A stretch of DNA of 64,000 nucleotides from Vulcanimicrobiales bacterium (lineage in GTDB: Bacteria > Vulcanimicrobiota > Vulcanimicrobiia > Vulcanimicrobiales > Vulcanimicrobiaceae), in assembly GCA_038231455.1 (NCBI GenBank), contig JBBRLI010000009.1:32001-96000 (forward strand), given 5' to 3'. The notes beneath the pieces are model-generated. The model was not told the DNA's origin. It did no database searches and saw nothing but the letters and a program-made list of their open reading frames with translations. The position numbers were made by a program, and so were the translations under genes. Positions 50,472 through 58,818 of the stretch are shown piece by piece. Position 1 is the first letter of the stretch, and each line of letters starts with the position of its first letter.

Positions 50472-50834
50472 ATGAGTAAGAAGGTGCTGATCGTCGATGA
50501 CGCAGTCGTCATGCGCATGATGATCAAAGGCATCCTATCCAAGAACGGATTTGATGTCGTCGGTGAAGCGCAGAACGGCGCGGAAGCCGTCGATAAATAT
50601 AAAGCGCTAATGCCCGATCTTGTGACCATGGATATGGTCATGCCCGAGATGGACGGTATTACGGCGGTCAAGCAAATCATGGCCGCCGATCCGAACGCGA
50701 AAATCATCATGTGCACCTCGATGGGCCAACAAGCGCTCGTCGTCGAGGCGATTCAGGCTGGCGCGAAGTCATTTATCACCAAGCCCTTCCAGCCGCCGAA
50801 AATCCTCGAAACTATCAACAAGGTGCTCCAATGA
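50472..50834 (+). CDS. cheY: Chemotaxis response regulator CheY
   Basis: VDDA, TMDMVMPEMDG, CTSMGQ, KPF. Confidence 0.93.
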   Translation: MSKKVLIVDDAVVMRMMIKGILSKNGFDVVGEAQNGAEAVDKYKALMPDLVTMDMVMPEMDGITAVKQIMAADPNAKIIMCTSMGQQALVVEAIQAGAKSFITKPFQPPKILETINKVLQ

Positions 50835-51436
50835 CACCCTCACTGCAGCTCACTGAACTGCAGAAAGACGCGCTCAAGGAGGTCGGCAACATCGGTGCCG
50901 GCCACGCCGCGACCGCGCTCTCGCAGCTGCTCAACACGACGATCAAACTCTCGGAGCCCTCGATCGACGTGATCAAGTTCCGCGATCTCTCGACCCGCGT
51001 CGGGTATGAGAATCGCATCGTTGCCGCATTGCACATGTACGTACGCGGCGAAGCGCCGGGCCAGATGGTCGTGCTCTTCGATCGCGAGAACGCGCTCGAA
51101 TTTGTGAACGTGTTCATCAAGCGCATCATCGGCGACATCCAGATTTTCGACTCGATCGTCGACTCGACGCTCAAGGAACTGGGCAACATCATCGCTGGGT
51201 CGTATCTCACGGCGTTGATATCGCTAACGGGCATCAACCTCTTGCCGTCGGTGCCGACGCTTTCGTACGGCACGATTCAAGCGGCGTTTCGTACGCTGAT
51301 GTCGATCCTGCCCGACCAAGACGTCTTTTTGATCGAATCCGCCTTCCTCGATAAGGGCATGACGGTCTCGGGCCAGTTCATTCTCATCCCGGAAACCGGA
51401 TCGCTCGAACCACTGCTCTCCGTCTTCGGGGTGTAG
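50831..51436 (+). CDS. cheC: CheY-P phosphatase CheC
   Basis: Two ExxN sites: DALKEVGNIG and STLKELGNII; ATGA overlap with cheY. Confidence 0.92.
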   Translation: MTPSLQLTELQKDALKEVGNIGAGHAATALSQLLNTTIKLSEPSIDVIKFRDLSTRVGYENRIVAALHMYVRGEAPGQMVVLFDRENALEFVNVFIKRIIGDIQIFDSIVDSTLKELGNIIAGSYLTALISLTGINLLPSVPTLSYGTIQAAFRTLMSILPDQDVFLIESAFLDKGMTVSGQFILIPETGSLEPLLSVFGV

Positions 51437-51554
51437 TCTCCGCCCCCGGCGGGGCCCCTCACACGCGAACGAGGTCGATTTTTTGCACTGCGGTGCTGGG
51501 AATCGGCCTTTTTCTCTTCAGAACGGCTGCCCGTTCGCCGAAACAAGAGTAGTA

Positions 51555-53588
51555 ATGTCGGCTGACGATTTTTTCGACCGTACCGAGTTTATTCAGTACT
51601 TCCGGGACGAGACCGAAGAGCTGTTGCAAAGCATCGACTCGGATTTGCTCCGGCTTGAAGCGTTCGTCGACCACGACGAGCTCGACGCGGATATCATCGC
51701 GTCGCTCTTCCGCGCCCTGCATACCGTCAAGGGTAGCGCCGGAATGCTCGACTTCAAAGACGTCGCGGCCGTCGCGCATAAGCTTGAAAACGTTTTCGAC
51801 CTTTTACGCAAAGACCGGATGCCGCTCTCCGAGCAGTGCATCAATTTGCTCTTCGAAGGTCGCGATCTCTTAACGGGGCTCGTCCATGCTGCCGTTGGTG
51901 ATGGGTCGGCCCCGGGCGGGATCGACGACTACATCACGCGTCTCGATGCCTTCGCGCTTATTTACGAATCGACCGCAGCCGTGATCGATGGCGGCGAACG
52001 CGCGGCGATCGAAACCGATGCGCCGGTCGATGCGCTCGCCGACGCCGAAATCGATGCCTTCGAAGCCGAAGTCGCGCGCCTGCTCGCACAGCAGAGTGCC
52101 GGCGGAAGTTCGACCGGCGATGTCAACGCCGACGAAGCGCAAGCGGCGATGGATGCGCTGCTCGGGGCCGCATCGGTTGCGGCATTCATGCCCGAACCCG
52201 AACGCGAAACGGCCACCCCCGTTGCGAAACCAAGTTTCGCCGCAATCGCCGCAACCGCTGCCGCTCCCGCGGCTTCGTCTCCTTCGTCGATCGCCACCAC
52301 GAGTAGCGCCAAGAGCGGTGAAGCTGACGCTGCGAAGCGTCCGGCAGGCGGAAAAAACCAAACGATCCGCGTCGACATCGAACGGCTCGATTCGCTGCTC
52401 AACCTCGTCGGCGAGCTCGTCATTAACCGCACGCGTATCTCCGACATCGCCAATACCTTGGCGCGCTCGGTCGGCGGCAACAACAAAAGCGCCGATGGCG
52501 TTTCGGGTCTGGCAAAAGATCTCGCCGAATCATCGGCCCTACTCGCGCGCACGACCAACGAAATTCAAGAGAGCATCATGAAGGTCCGCATGGTGCCGAT
52601 CGGTCAAGTCTTCGACCGCTTTCCACGCATGGTTCGCGATCTTGCGAAGGCCCGCGGCAAAGAGATCAAGCTGGAAATCGCCGGAGCCGAGACGGACCTC
52701 GACAAGACGATCGTCGATGAAGTCGGCGAGCCGCTCATGCACCTCGTGCGAAACTGTATCGACCACGGTATCGAGAGCGCCGACGATCGTGAGAAACGCG
52801 GTAAATCGCGCTCGGGTACGATCAAGCTCAACGCGTTCCATGAAGGCAACCAAGTCATCATCGAAGTGAACGATGACGGCGGCGGTATCGACCTTGTGCG
52901 CGTGCGCGAACGCGGCATCAAACAAGGCCTGATTGCCGAGGCCGACAAACTCACCGATCGCGAGATCATCGATCTCATCTTCACGCCGGGCTTCTCGACG
53001 GCCGAAGCCGTCACCGATGTGAGCGGACGCGGCGTGGGCATGGATGTGGTGAAGAAGAACATCCTGCGCCTCAAAGGCGTTTTCGAAGTCGACTCGGTGC
53101 TGGGTTCTGGCACCAAGTTCACGATGAAGTTGCCGCTGACGCTCGCCATCATTCAAGCGCTGCTCGTGCGTGTCGCCGATGAACTTTACTCGATTCCGCT
53201 CGATTCGGTCATCGAATCGCAGCGCATCGATACAAGCGAAGTCCGCACGGTGCACGGCGGCGAGGTCATCACGCTGCGCGGCCAAGTCGTGCCGCTCATT
53301 CGCGTGGGCGAATTCTTCCAGCTTACCAACGCGCGCGATCCGGACAAAGTCATGATCGTTATCGTCGGGCTGCAGGGACGCCAAGTGGGTCTGGTCGTCG
53401 ATTCGTTCCAGGGCGAACAGGAGATCGTTATTAAGCCGCTCTCCGACGTCATCGGGCGTATCGCCGGCATCTCGGGTGCGACGATCCTGGGCAACGGCTC
53501 CATCTCCCTCATTATCGATGTTCACTCGCTCGTCGCGGGCGCATACCAGAACGGCCGCACCGCGCGCGCCGAATTTTCAGGAGTATAG
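51555..53588 (+). CDS. cheA: Chemotaxis histidine kinase CheA
   Basis: FRALHTVKG Hpt, NLVGELVI, HLVRNCIDHGIE, GRGVGMDVV, C-terminal CheW-like domain. Confidence 0.96.
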   Translation: MSADDFFDRTEFIQYFRDETEELLQSIDSDLLRLEAFVDHDELDADIIASLFRALHTVKGSAGMLDFKDVAAVAHKLENVFDLLRKDRMPLSEQCINLLFEGRDLLTGLVHAAVGDGSAPGGIDDYITRLDAFALIYESTAAVIDGGERAAIETDAPVDALADAEIDAFEAEVARLLAQQSAGGSSTGDVNADEAQAAMDALLGAASVAAFMPEPERETATPVAKPSFAAIAATAAAPAASSPSSIATTSSAKSGEADAAKRPAGGKNQTIRVDIERLDSLLNLVGELVINRTRISDIANTLARSVGGNNKSADGVSGLAKDLAESSALLARTTNEIQESIMKVRMVPIGQVFDRFPRMVRDLAKARGKEIKLEIAGAETDLDKTIVDEVGEPLMHLVRNCIDHGIESADDREKRGKSRSGTIKLNAFHEGNQVIIEVNDDGGGIDLVRVRERGIKQGLIAEADKLTDREIIDLIFTPGFSTAEAVTDVSGRGVGMDVVKKNILRLKGVFEVDSVLGSGTKFTMKLPLTLAIIQALLVRVADELYSIPLDSVIESQRIDTSEVRTVHGGEVITLRGQVVPLIRVGEFFQLTNARDPDKVMIVIVGLQGRQVGLVVDSFQGEQEIVIKPLSDVIGRIAGISGATILGNGSISLIIDVHSLVAGAYQNGRTARAEFSGV

Positions 53589-53591
53589 CTA

Positions 53592-54101
53592 ATGGCAATG
53601 GTCGACGATAAGAAACAGCTCTCCGGGCAGACGATGCAGGTCGTGAGCTTCGCACTTGGGAGCGAGGAGTACGGCGTCGATATCGCCCAGGTCCAAGAAA
53701 TCAATCGCATGGTTTCGATCACGCACGTTCCGCGTGCGCCGCACTTCATGGAGGGCGTGATCAATTTGCGCGGCCAGTTGATCCCGATCATCGATCTGCG
53801 TACGCGCTTTGGGATGCCGCGCGCCGAACACTCGAAAGCAACGCGCATCGTCGTCACCGAAGTCGGGACGAAACGCGTCGGGATGGTGGTCGACTCGGTC
53901 TCCGAAGTGCTGCGAATTCCGATCGAAAATATCGAGGATGCGCCGGATATGATCTCGGGCGTCGACACGGAATACATCCGCGGCGTCGGCAAGATCACCG
54001 ACCGCTTGATCATCATGCTGGATCTCGGCCGCGTAATTTCGCTTTCCGAAAAAAGTGCACTCGATGCAACGATGGATTCTGCGGAAATGGCTGGAACCTA
54101 A
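53592..54101 (+). CDS. cheW: Chemotaxis adaptor CheW
   Basis: EEYGVDI..VQEI, GVINLRGQLIPIIDLR, GMVVDSVSEV. Confidence 0.95.
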   Translation: MAMVDDKKQLSGQTMQVVSFALGSEEYGVDIAQVQEINRMVSITHVPRAPHFMEGVINLRGQLIPIIDLRTRFGMPRAEHSKATRIVVTEVGTKRVGMVVDSVSEVLRIPIENIEDAPDMISGVDTEYIRGVGKITDRLIIMLDLGRVISLSEKSALDATMDSAEMAGT

Positions 54102-54107
54102 GGCCGC

Positions 54108-55058
54108 ATGATTCAGTCGGAAACCGCACCCGTCACGCTCGCGCAAATGGAAATCGCTCCGGTCGCTTGGTTCGACGGAGAGTTTTGCCCCACCGAATCG
54201 ATTCACGTTCATCCCTTCGCGCATGCGCTCCACTATGGGACCGGCGTCTTTGAGGGAATTCGCGCGTACGAGAGTGTTGATGGACGCGCTGGAATTTTTC
54301 GGCTTCGCGAGCACATGGAGCGTCTGCTGCGGTCTGCTGCCGTTTACGATCTTGCAACACCATACGATGTTCAGAGGTGGTGCGATTCCACGGTCGAGGT
54401 CATGCGCAAAAACCGCATTCTCTCGGCGTATATTCGTCCGCTGATTTTCTTTGGTGAGAAGACGATTTCGCTGGCTCCGAAATTCCATTGCCCGACGCAC
54501 TCGATGATTGCGATCCGTGCTCTTGCCGGCTATTTTGGCGGCGTGCGCGGCGACGGTATCGGCGTGACGATTTCTAAGTGGAAGAAGTTCAGTTCCGCGG
54601 CCCTGCCCGCAACGGTCAAGGCGTCGGGCCATTACGCGAACTCCGTGCTTGCGATGCAAGATGCGGTTACGCGCGGCTTCGAAGAAGCGATCTTGCTGAA
54701 CGACCGCGGCGAAGTCGCCGAGGGGACGGGCGAGAACGTCTTTGTCGTCAAGAACGGCGCGATTGCGACGAACGACTTCACCGCGGATGCCCTCGATGGG
54801 ATCACGCGTGCGACCGTGATCGAACTTGCGCGCGATCGCGGCTACGATGTGACCGTGCGACCGCTTTCCGTTGACGACTTGATGAGCGCCGATGAGGTGT
54901 TCTTCACCGGCACCGCGGCTGAGGTAACGCCGATCTCGCACATCGACGGCCACGTCTTTGCAAGCGATCGGCCCGTCACGCTTGCCCTGCGCGACGCCTA
55001 CTTGCGTGGGGTCCGGGGCGAAGATCCCAAGCACGCGGCATGGGTTACTTTCGTCTAG
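54108..55058 (+). CDS. ilvE: Branched-chain amino acid aminotransferase
   Basis: HALHYGTGVFEGIRAY, VKASGHY, EGTGENVF, LDGITR, TGTAAEV. Confidence 0.94.
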   Translation: MIQSETAPVTLAQMEIAPVAWFDGEFCPTESIHVHPFAHALHYGTGVFEGIRAYESVDGRAGIFRLREHMERLLRSAAVYDLATPYDVQRWCDSTVEVMRKNRILSAYIRPLIFFGEKTISLAPKFHCPTHSMIAIRALAGYFGGVRGDGIGVTISKWKKFSSAALPATVKASGHYANSVLAMQDAVTRGFEEAILLNDRGEVAEGTGENVFVVKNGAIATNDFTADALDGITRATVIELARDRGYDVTVRPLSVDDLMSADEVFFTGTAAEVTPISHIDGHVFASDRPVTLALRDAYLRGVRGEDPKHAAWVTFV

Positions 55059-55074
55059 CGGCGAAGGGAAGCGT

Positions 55075-55317
55075 GTGACCAGTTCCATTCCCGGCTCCGA
55101 AAACGGCACGCCGCCCAAACCTGACAAACCGTCCGTCGCCCTCCAGCGCACGTTCGTGTGGCTCGGGATCGCGAGCGCCTCGGCTGCGGTGACCTATCTT
55201 GTTATTCGCGCGTCAATGCGACGCGCGCCGGTCGACCCGACGAGCGAGCGCATTCAATCGCTCATCGACGAAGCCAACCGCCTGTTGCGGACGCTCGACG
55301 ATAAAAAGCACGGTTAG
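55075..55317 (+). CDS. Small single-TM hypothetical protein, 80 aa
   Basis: GTG with GGGA SD; TM FVWLGIASASAAVTYLVI followed by an amphipathic helix. Confidence 0.65.
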   Translation: MTSSIPGSENGTPPKPDKPSVALQRTFVWLGIASASAAVTYLVIRASMRRAPVDPTSERIQSLIDEANRLLRTLDDKKHG

Positions 55318-56776
55318 CGGCGGCCTCGCCGCCGGAACCGTCGCGCGCGTCACCTTCACCGACCTCCTCGCTAACGGCCAAGCCGTCGGGCGTATTGACG
55401 GCGTCGTCGTCTTCGTATGGGGACCGCTTCCGGGGGAGACCGCGACCGTGCGCGTTACCCTCGTCAAGGCGAAGTACGCCGTTGCGGATGTCGTGTCGCG
55501 CGAGGATGATTCGGCGCTACGGGCGGATCCGTTCTGTCCGGTCTTTGGCGAGTGCGGCGGCTGTCAGGTGCAGCATCTGGCCTATCCGGCGCAGCTTGCG
55601 TGGAAAGAGCAGATCGTTCGAAGCGCGCTTCAGCGTATCGGCGGCATCGATGGCGTCAAGGTCGCGCATCCAATCGGCATGACCGATCCGCGTGCCTATC
55701 GCAATAAGATGGCGCTCGTGGTCGATAACAGCGGCGCAACGCCCGTGCTTGGCTTTTACCAGGCACGTTCGCACGACATCGTGCCAATCGCCGAATGTCC
55801 CGTTGTGTTGCCGCAGCTCAACGAGGGCATCAAAGCCTTACGCGAAGTTGCTGTTGCTCCGGCGACGGCGGCAGCTCTCAAGCCTGTCAAACATGCGATT
55901 ATGCGTGCGGGCGCCGCCTCGAAACAAGCCGTTCTTTCGTTGACCACCGAAAAAGCAGCGTTTCAAATCGCCGCCGTTGCGCCTGCGATTGCTGGGCGAA
56001 TGGCTGGCCTTGTCGGTGTTTCCAATAGCTTCGAACCGCGCAACGCAAATGCCGTGATGGGTCGGAAGATCAATCACGTTTGGGGCCGCAAAGAGATGGA
56101 AGAATCCATCGAAGACGTGCGCTTCCGCGTTTCCTCATCATCTTTCTTTCAAGTGAACAGCGAGATGGTTGGGAAGATCTTTCGCTTCATGGCGCCCGGG
56201 CTCAAAGAGCCGCGAAAGATCGTGGATCTTTACTGCGGTGCGGGTACCTTTGCGATTTATTTTGCCGCGCATGGGGCCGATGTCGTCGGGATTGAAGAAA
56301 ACGAAGCGGCGGTGCGTGAAGCGCGTGCGAATGCCGAACTCAATCGGGTCGCCGGTCGCACGCGCTTTATCGCCGGACGCGTTGAAGGCGCCGTTGCGAA
56401 CGCCGATGGTTTGCAGGCGCTACGCGATGCCGAGATCGTGTTTCTCGATCCGCCACGGAAGGGCAGCGATTCGCTGACCCTCGATGCGCTGGCGGAAGCG
56501 AACGTTCCGAACATTTGGTATCTCTCGTGCAATCCGGCGACGCTTGCTCGCGATTTGCAGCGGCTGATCGGGCATGGCTATGAAGTTGGGCTGGTGCAAC
56601 CGTTCGATATGTTCCCGCAGACCGGGCATGTTGAGACGCTTGTTACGCTTTCGAGGGCTGGGTTGCCGGGTGTTGTCATGCCTCCTCGTGAGAAGGCTGA
56701 GTGGGATGATTTGATTCCGGAGTGGCCTTCGCAAGGGCGCGGGCCTGCTGATGGGATGGATTTCGACTCCGAATAA
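55310..56776 (+). CDS. rlmD: 23S rRNA m5U1939 methyltransferase RlmD (start uncertain)
   Basis: TRAM domain, CPVFGECGGCQ, SFFQVN, DLYCGAG, LDPPRKG, YLSCNP, DMFPQTGHVE. Confidence 0.92.
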   Translation, partial: TVSGGLAAGTVARVTFTDLLANGQAVGRIDGVVVFVWGPLPGETATVRVTLVKAKYAVADVVSREDDSALRADPFCPVFGECGGCQVQHLAYPAQLAWKEQIVRSALQRIGGIDGVKVAHPIGMTDPRAYRNKMALVVDNSGATPVLGFYQARSHDIVPIAECPVVLPQLNEGIKALREVAVAPATAAALKPVKHAIMRAGAASKQAVLSLTTEKAAFQIAAVAPAIAGRMAGLVGVSNSFEPRNANAVMGRKINHVWGRKEMEESIEDVRFRVSSSSFFQVNSEMVGKIFRFMAPGLKEPRKIVDLYCGAGTFAIYFAAHGADVVGIEENEAAVREARANAELNRVAGRTRFIAGRVEGAVANADGLQALRDAEIVFLDPPRKGSDSLTLDALAEANVPNIWYLSCNPATLARDLQRLIGHGYEVGLVQPFDMFPQTGHVETLVTLSRAGLPGVVMPPREKAEWDDLIPEWPSQGRGPADGMDFDSE

Positions 56777-56792
56777 TTTCGGGTGGTGGCTT

Positions 56793-56938
56793 GGTCGCCG
56801 GGGGCTTCATGGTGCCCGTGGGGACGCCCGCATTTGCCCATCCATGGGCAAATGCTACTCCCGAACTTTTCGCTCCCGGCATCCTGCCTCCGCGAAAAGC
56901 TTCGAGGCCCCACGGTCACCATGAAGCCCCCGGCGACC
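56793..56938. repeat. 146-bp element with 31-bp terminal inverted repeats and two internal hairpins (MITE/REP-like or structured RNA)
   Basis: 56793-56823 is the reverse complement of 56908-56938 with one mismatch; inner stems 56830-56855 and 56862-56904. Confidence 0.8.
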
Positions 56939-57042
56939 GTAGGCACGATCGTCGCAAACCACTTCTTCTTAGCCGTTTTGGGTGGTGGCACGATATAAGT
57001 CGGGGCGGGTTGAGGGGGCTTTGCCTCGAACATTTAGGCGCT

Positions 57043-57339
57043 ATGGCTTCGGAATCGATTGATGTTCGGTATGTTGCGAAGTTGGCGCGGTTGGCGCTAA
57101 CGGATGATGAGGTTGTGCAGTATGGTGCGCAACTTGGGGACTTGCTCGGGCATGTCGGCGCGCTTTCGCGTCTTGATACGGCTAGCGTTGCTGCGACTGC
57201 TCAGGTTGTTGAGTCGCGGAATGTTGCTCGCGAGGATGTTGTTGGGCCGTGTCTGGATCGGGCCGTTGTGCTTGCCGGCGCTCCTCAAGCGCATGGCGCG
57301 TTTTTTCGCGTTCCTCAGATTATTGCGAGTGAGGAGTAG
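57043..57339 (+). CDS. gatC: Asp/Glu-tRNA amidotransferase subunit C
   Basis: VRYVAKLARL, REDVV, FFRVPQII. Confidence 0.93.
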   Translation: MASESIDVRYVAKLARLALTDDEVVQYGAQLGDLLGHVGALSRLDTASVAATAQVVESRNVAREDVVGPCLDRAVVLAGAPQAHGAFFRVPQIIASEE

Positions 57340-57342
57340 GGC

Positions 57343-58818
57343 GTGATCGATTCGACTGCTGTTTCGATTGCTGCTGCTGTTTCTTCGCGTAAGACGTCGG
57401 CTCGCGAGACGATTGATGCTCTGTATCCCTATGTTGAGTCCAGTGATAAGACCGTTGGGTCGTATCTTTCGCTTACGCATGAGATTGCTCGGGCGCATGC
57501 CGATCGTGTTGATGCGCGTGTGAAAGCTGGCGAGTCGCTTCCGCTTGCTGGTGTGCCGATTGCGGTTAAAGACAATATGTGTCTTACCGGTACGGTTACG
57601 ACGTGTGGGTCAAAAATTCTCGAGCATTGGACTTCGCCGTATACCGGGACTGCCGTTGCGCGGTTGCTCGATGCTGGGGCTATTCCGGTTGGTAAGACCA
57701 ACATGGATGAGTTTGCTATGGGGAGTTCTTGCGAGAATTCTGCGCTTGGGGTTACGCGTAATCCGTACGATCTGGGGCGGGTTCCCGGGGGGAGTTCTGG
57801 TGGCAGTGCGGCTGCTGTTGCTGCTCGTCAGGCGGCGCTTTCGCTTGGTAGCGATACCGGTGGGTCGATTCGTGAGCCCGCTGCGTTTTGTAATGTGGTT
57901 GGATTTAAACCGACGTATGGGCGCGTTTCTCGCTACGGGTTGATTGCGTTTGCTTCGAGTTTGGATCAGATCGGGCCGTTTGCTCGTACCGTTGAAGATG
58001 CGGCGCTTTGTTATGATGTGATGGGTGGCTTCGATCCGATGGATGCTACGAGCGTCGATCGGCCGCTTGAATCGACGGCTACGCACTTGCGGACCGATCT
58101 TCGCGGCGTTCGGGTCGGTATCGTGAAAGAGTTTGCGACGGGCGAACTTGGGGCCCAGATCGATGCCGTTTACAAAAAGGCGTACGCCGATCTTGAGGCG
58201 CTTGGGGCGACGCTCGTTGAAGTGGCGCTGCCGACTGCTGAGTTTGGCATCGCGACGTACTATCTTATTGCACCCGCAGAATGTTCGGCGAACCTTGCGC
58301 GTTTTGATGGCGTCCGGTATGGATTGCGTGTTGATGGGATCAACGTTCAGGAGATGTACGAGAAGACGCGGGCTGCCGGATTTGGGGCAGAGGTCAAGCG
58401 CCGTATCCTTATTGGGACGTATGCGCTCTCGTCGGGTTATTACGATGCGTATTATGTGAAAGCGCAGAAGGCGCGTACGCTTATTGCTTCGGATTTTGCG
58501 AAGGCGTTTGAATCGTGCGATGTGATCGCCTCGCCTGCGGCGTCGACTCCGGCGTTTGCGTTTAACGCGAAGTCCGATCCGTACGCGATGTACCTGATGG
58601 ATTACTACACCATTCCCGGGTCGCTTGCGGGCTTGCCATCGCTTTCGGTTCCTTGTGGATGGGTTACACCGGAGGGCGGGTCGCGGCCGATGCCGATGGG
58701 CTTGCAGCTTTCCACTCCGCTTTTTGCTGAGCGGTCGCTGCTTGGGATCGCGCACGCTTATGAGCGCGCGACGCTTCATGCCGATGTGCACGCTTTGCCG
58801 GAGATTGCGTCTGTATGA
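57343..58818 (+). CDS. gatA: Amidotransferase subunit A
   Basis: GVPIAVKDN, GKTNMDEFAMGSS, GGSSGGS, GSDTGGSIR. Confidence 0.97.
   Translation: MIDSTAVSIAAAVSSRKTSARETIDALYPYVESSDKTVGSYLSLTHEIARAHADRVDARVKAGESLPLAGVPIAVKDNMCLTGTVTTCGSKILEHWTSPYTGTAVARLLDAGAIPVGKTNMDEFAMGSSCENSALGVTRNPYDLGRVPGGSSGGSAAAVAARQAALSLGSDTGGSIREPAAFCNVVGFKPTYGRVSRYGLIAFASSLDQIGPFARTVEDAALCYDVMGGFDPMDATSVDRPLESTATHLRTDLRGVRVGIVKEFATGELGAQIDAVYKKAYADLEALGATLVEVALPTAEFGIATYYLIAPAECSANLARFDGVRYGLRVDGINVQEMYEKTRAAGFGAEVKRRILIGTYALSSGYYDAYYVKAQKARTLIASDFAKAFESCDVIASPAASTPAFAFNAKSDPYAMYLMDYYTIPGSLAGLPSLSVPCGWVTPEGGSRPMPMGLQLSTPLFAERSLLGIAHAYERATLHADVHALPEIASV

Noticed and set aside
56791-57042. 84-aa N-terminal extension of GatC
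   Set aside because: It runs through the inverted-repeat element; GatC homology starts at ATG 57043.
28557-58791. Long antisense ORFs (e.g. 28557-29822, 33565-34986, 35245-36477, 53589-55151, 57610-58791)
   Set aside because: Shadows of well-supported + strand genes, expected in high-GC DNA; no motifs of their own.
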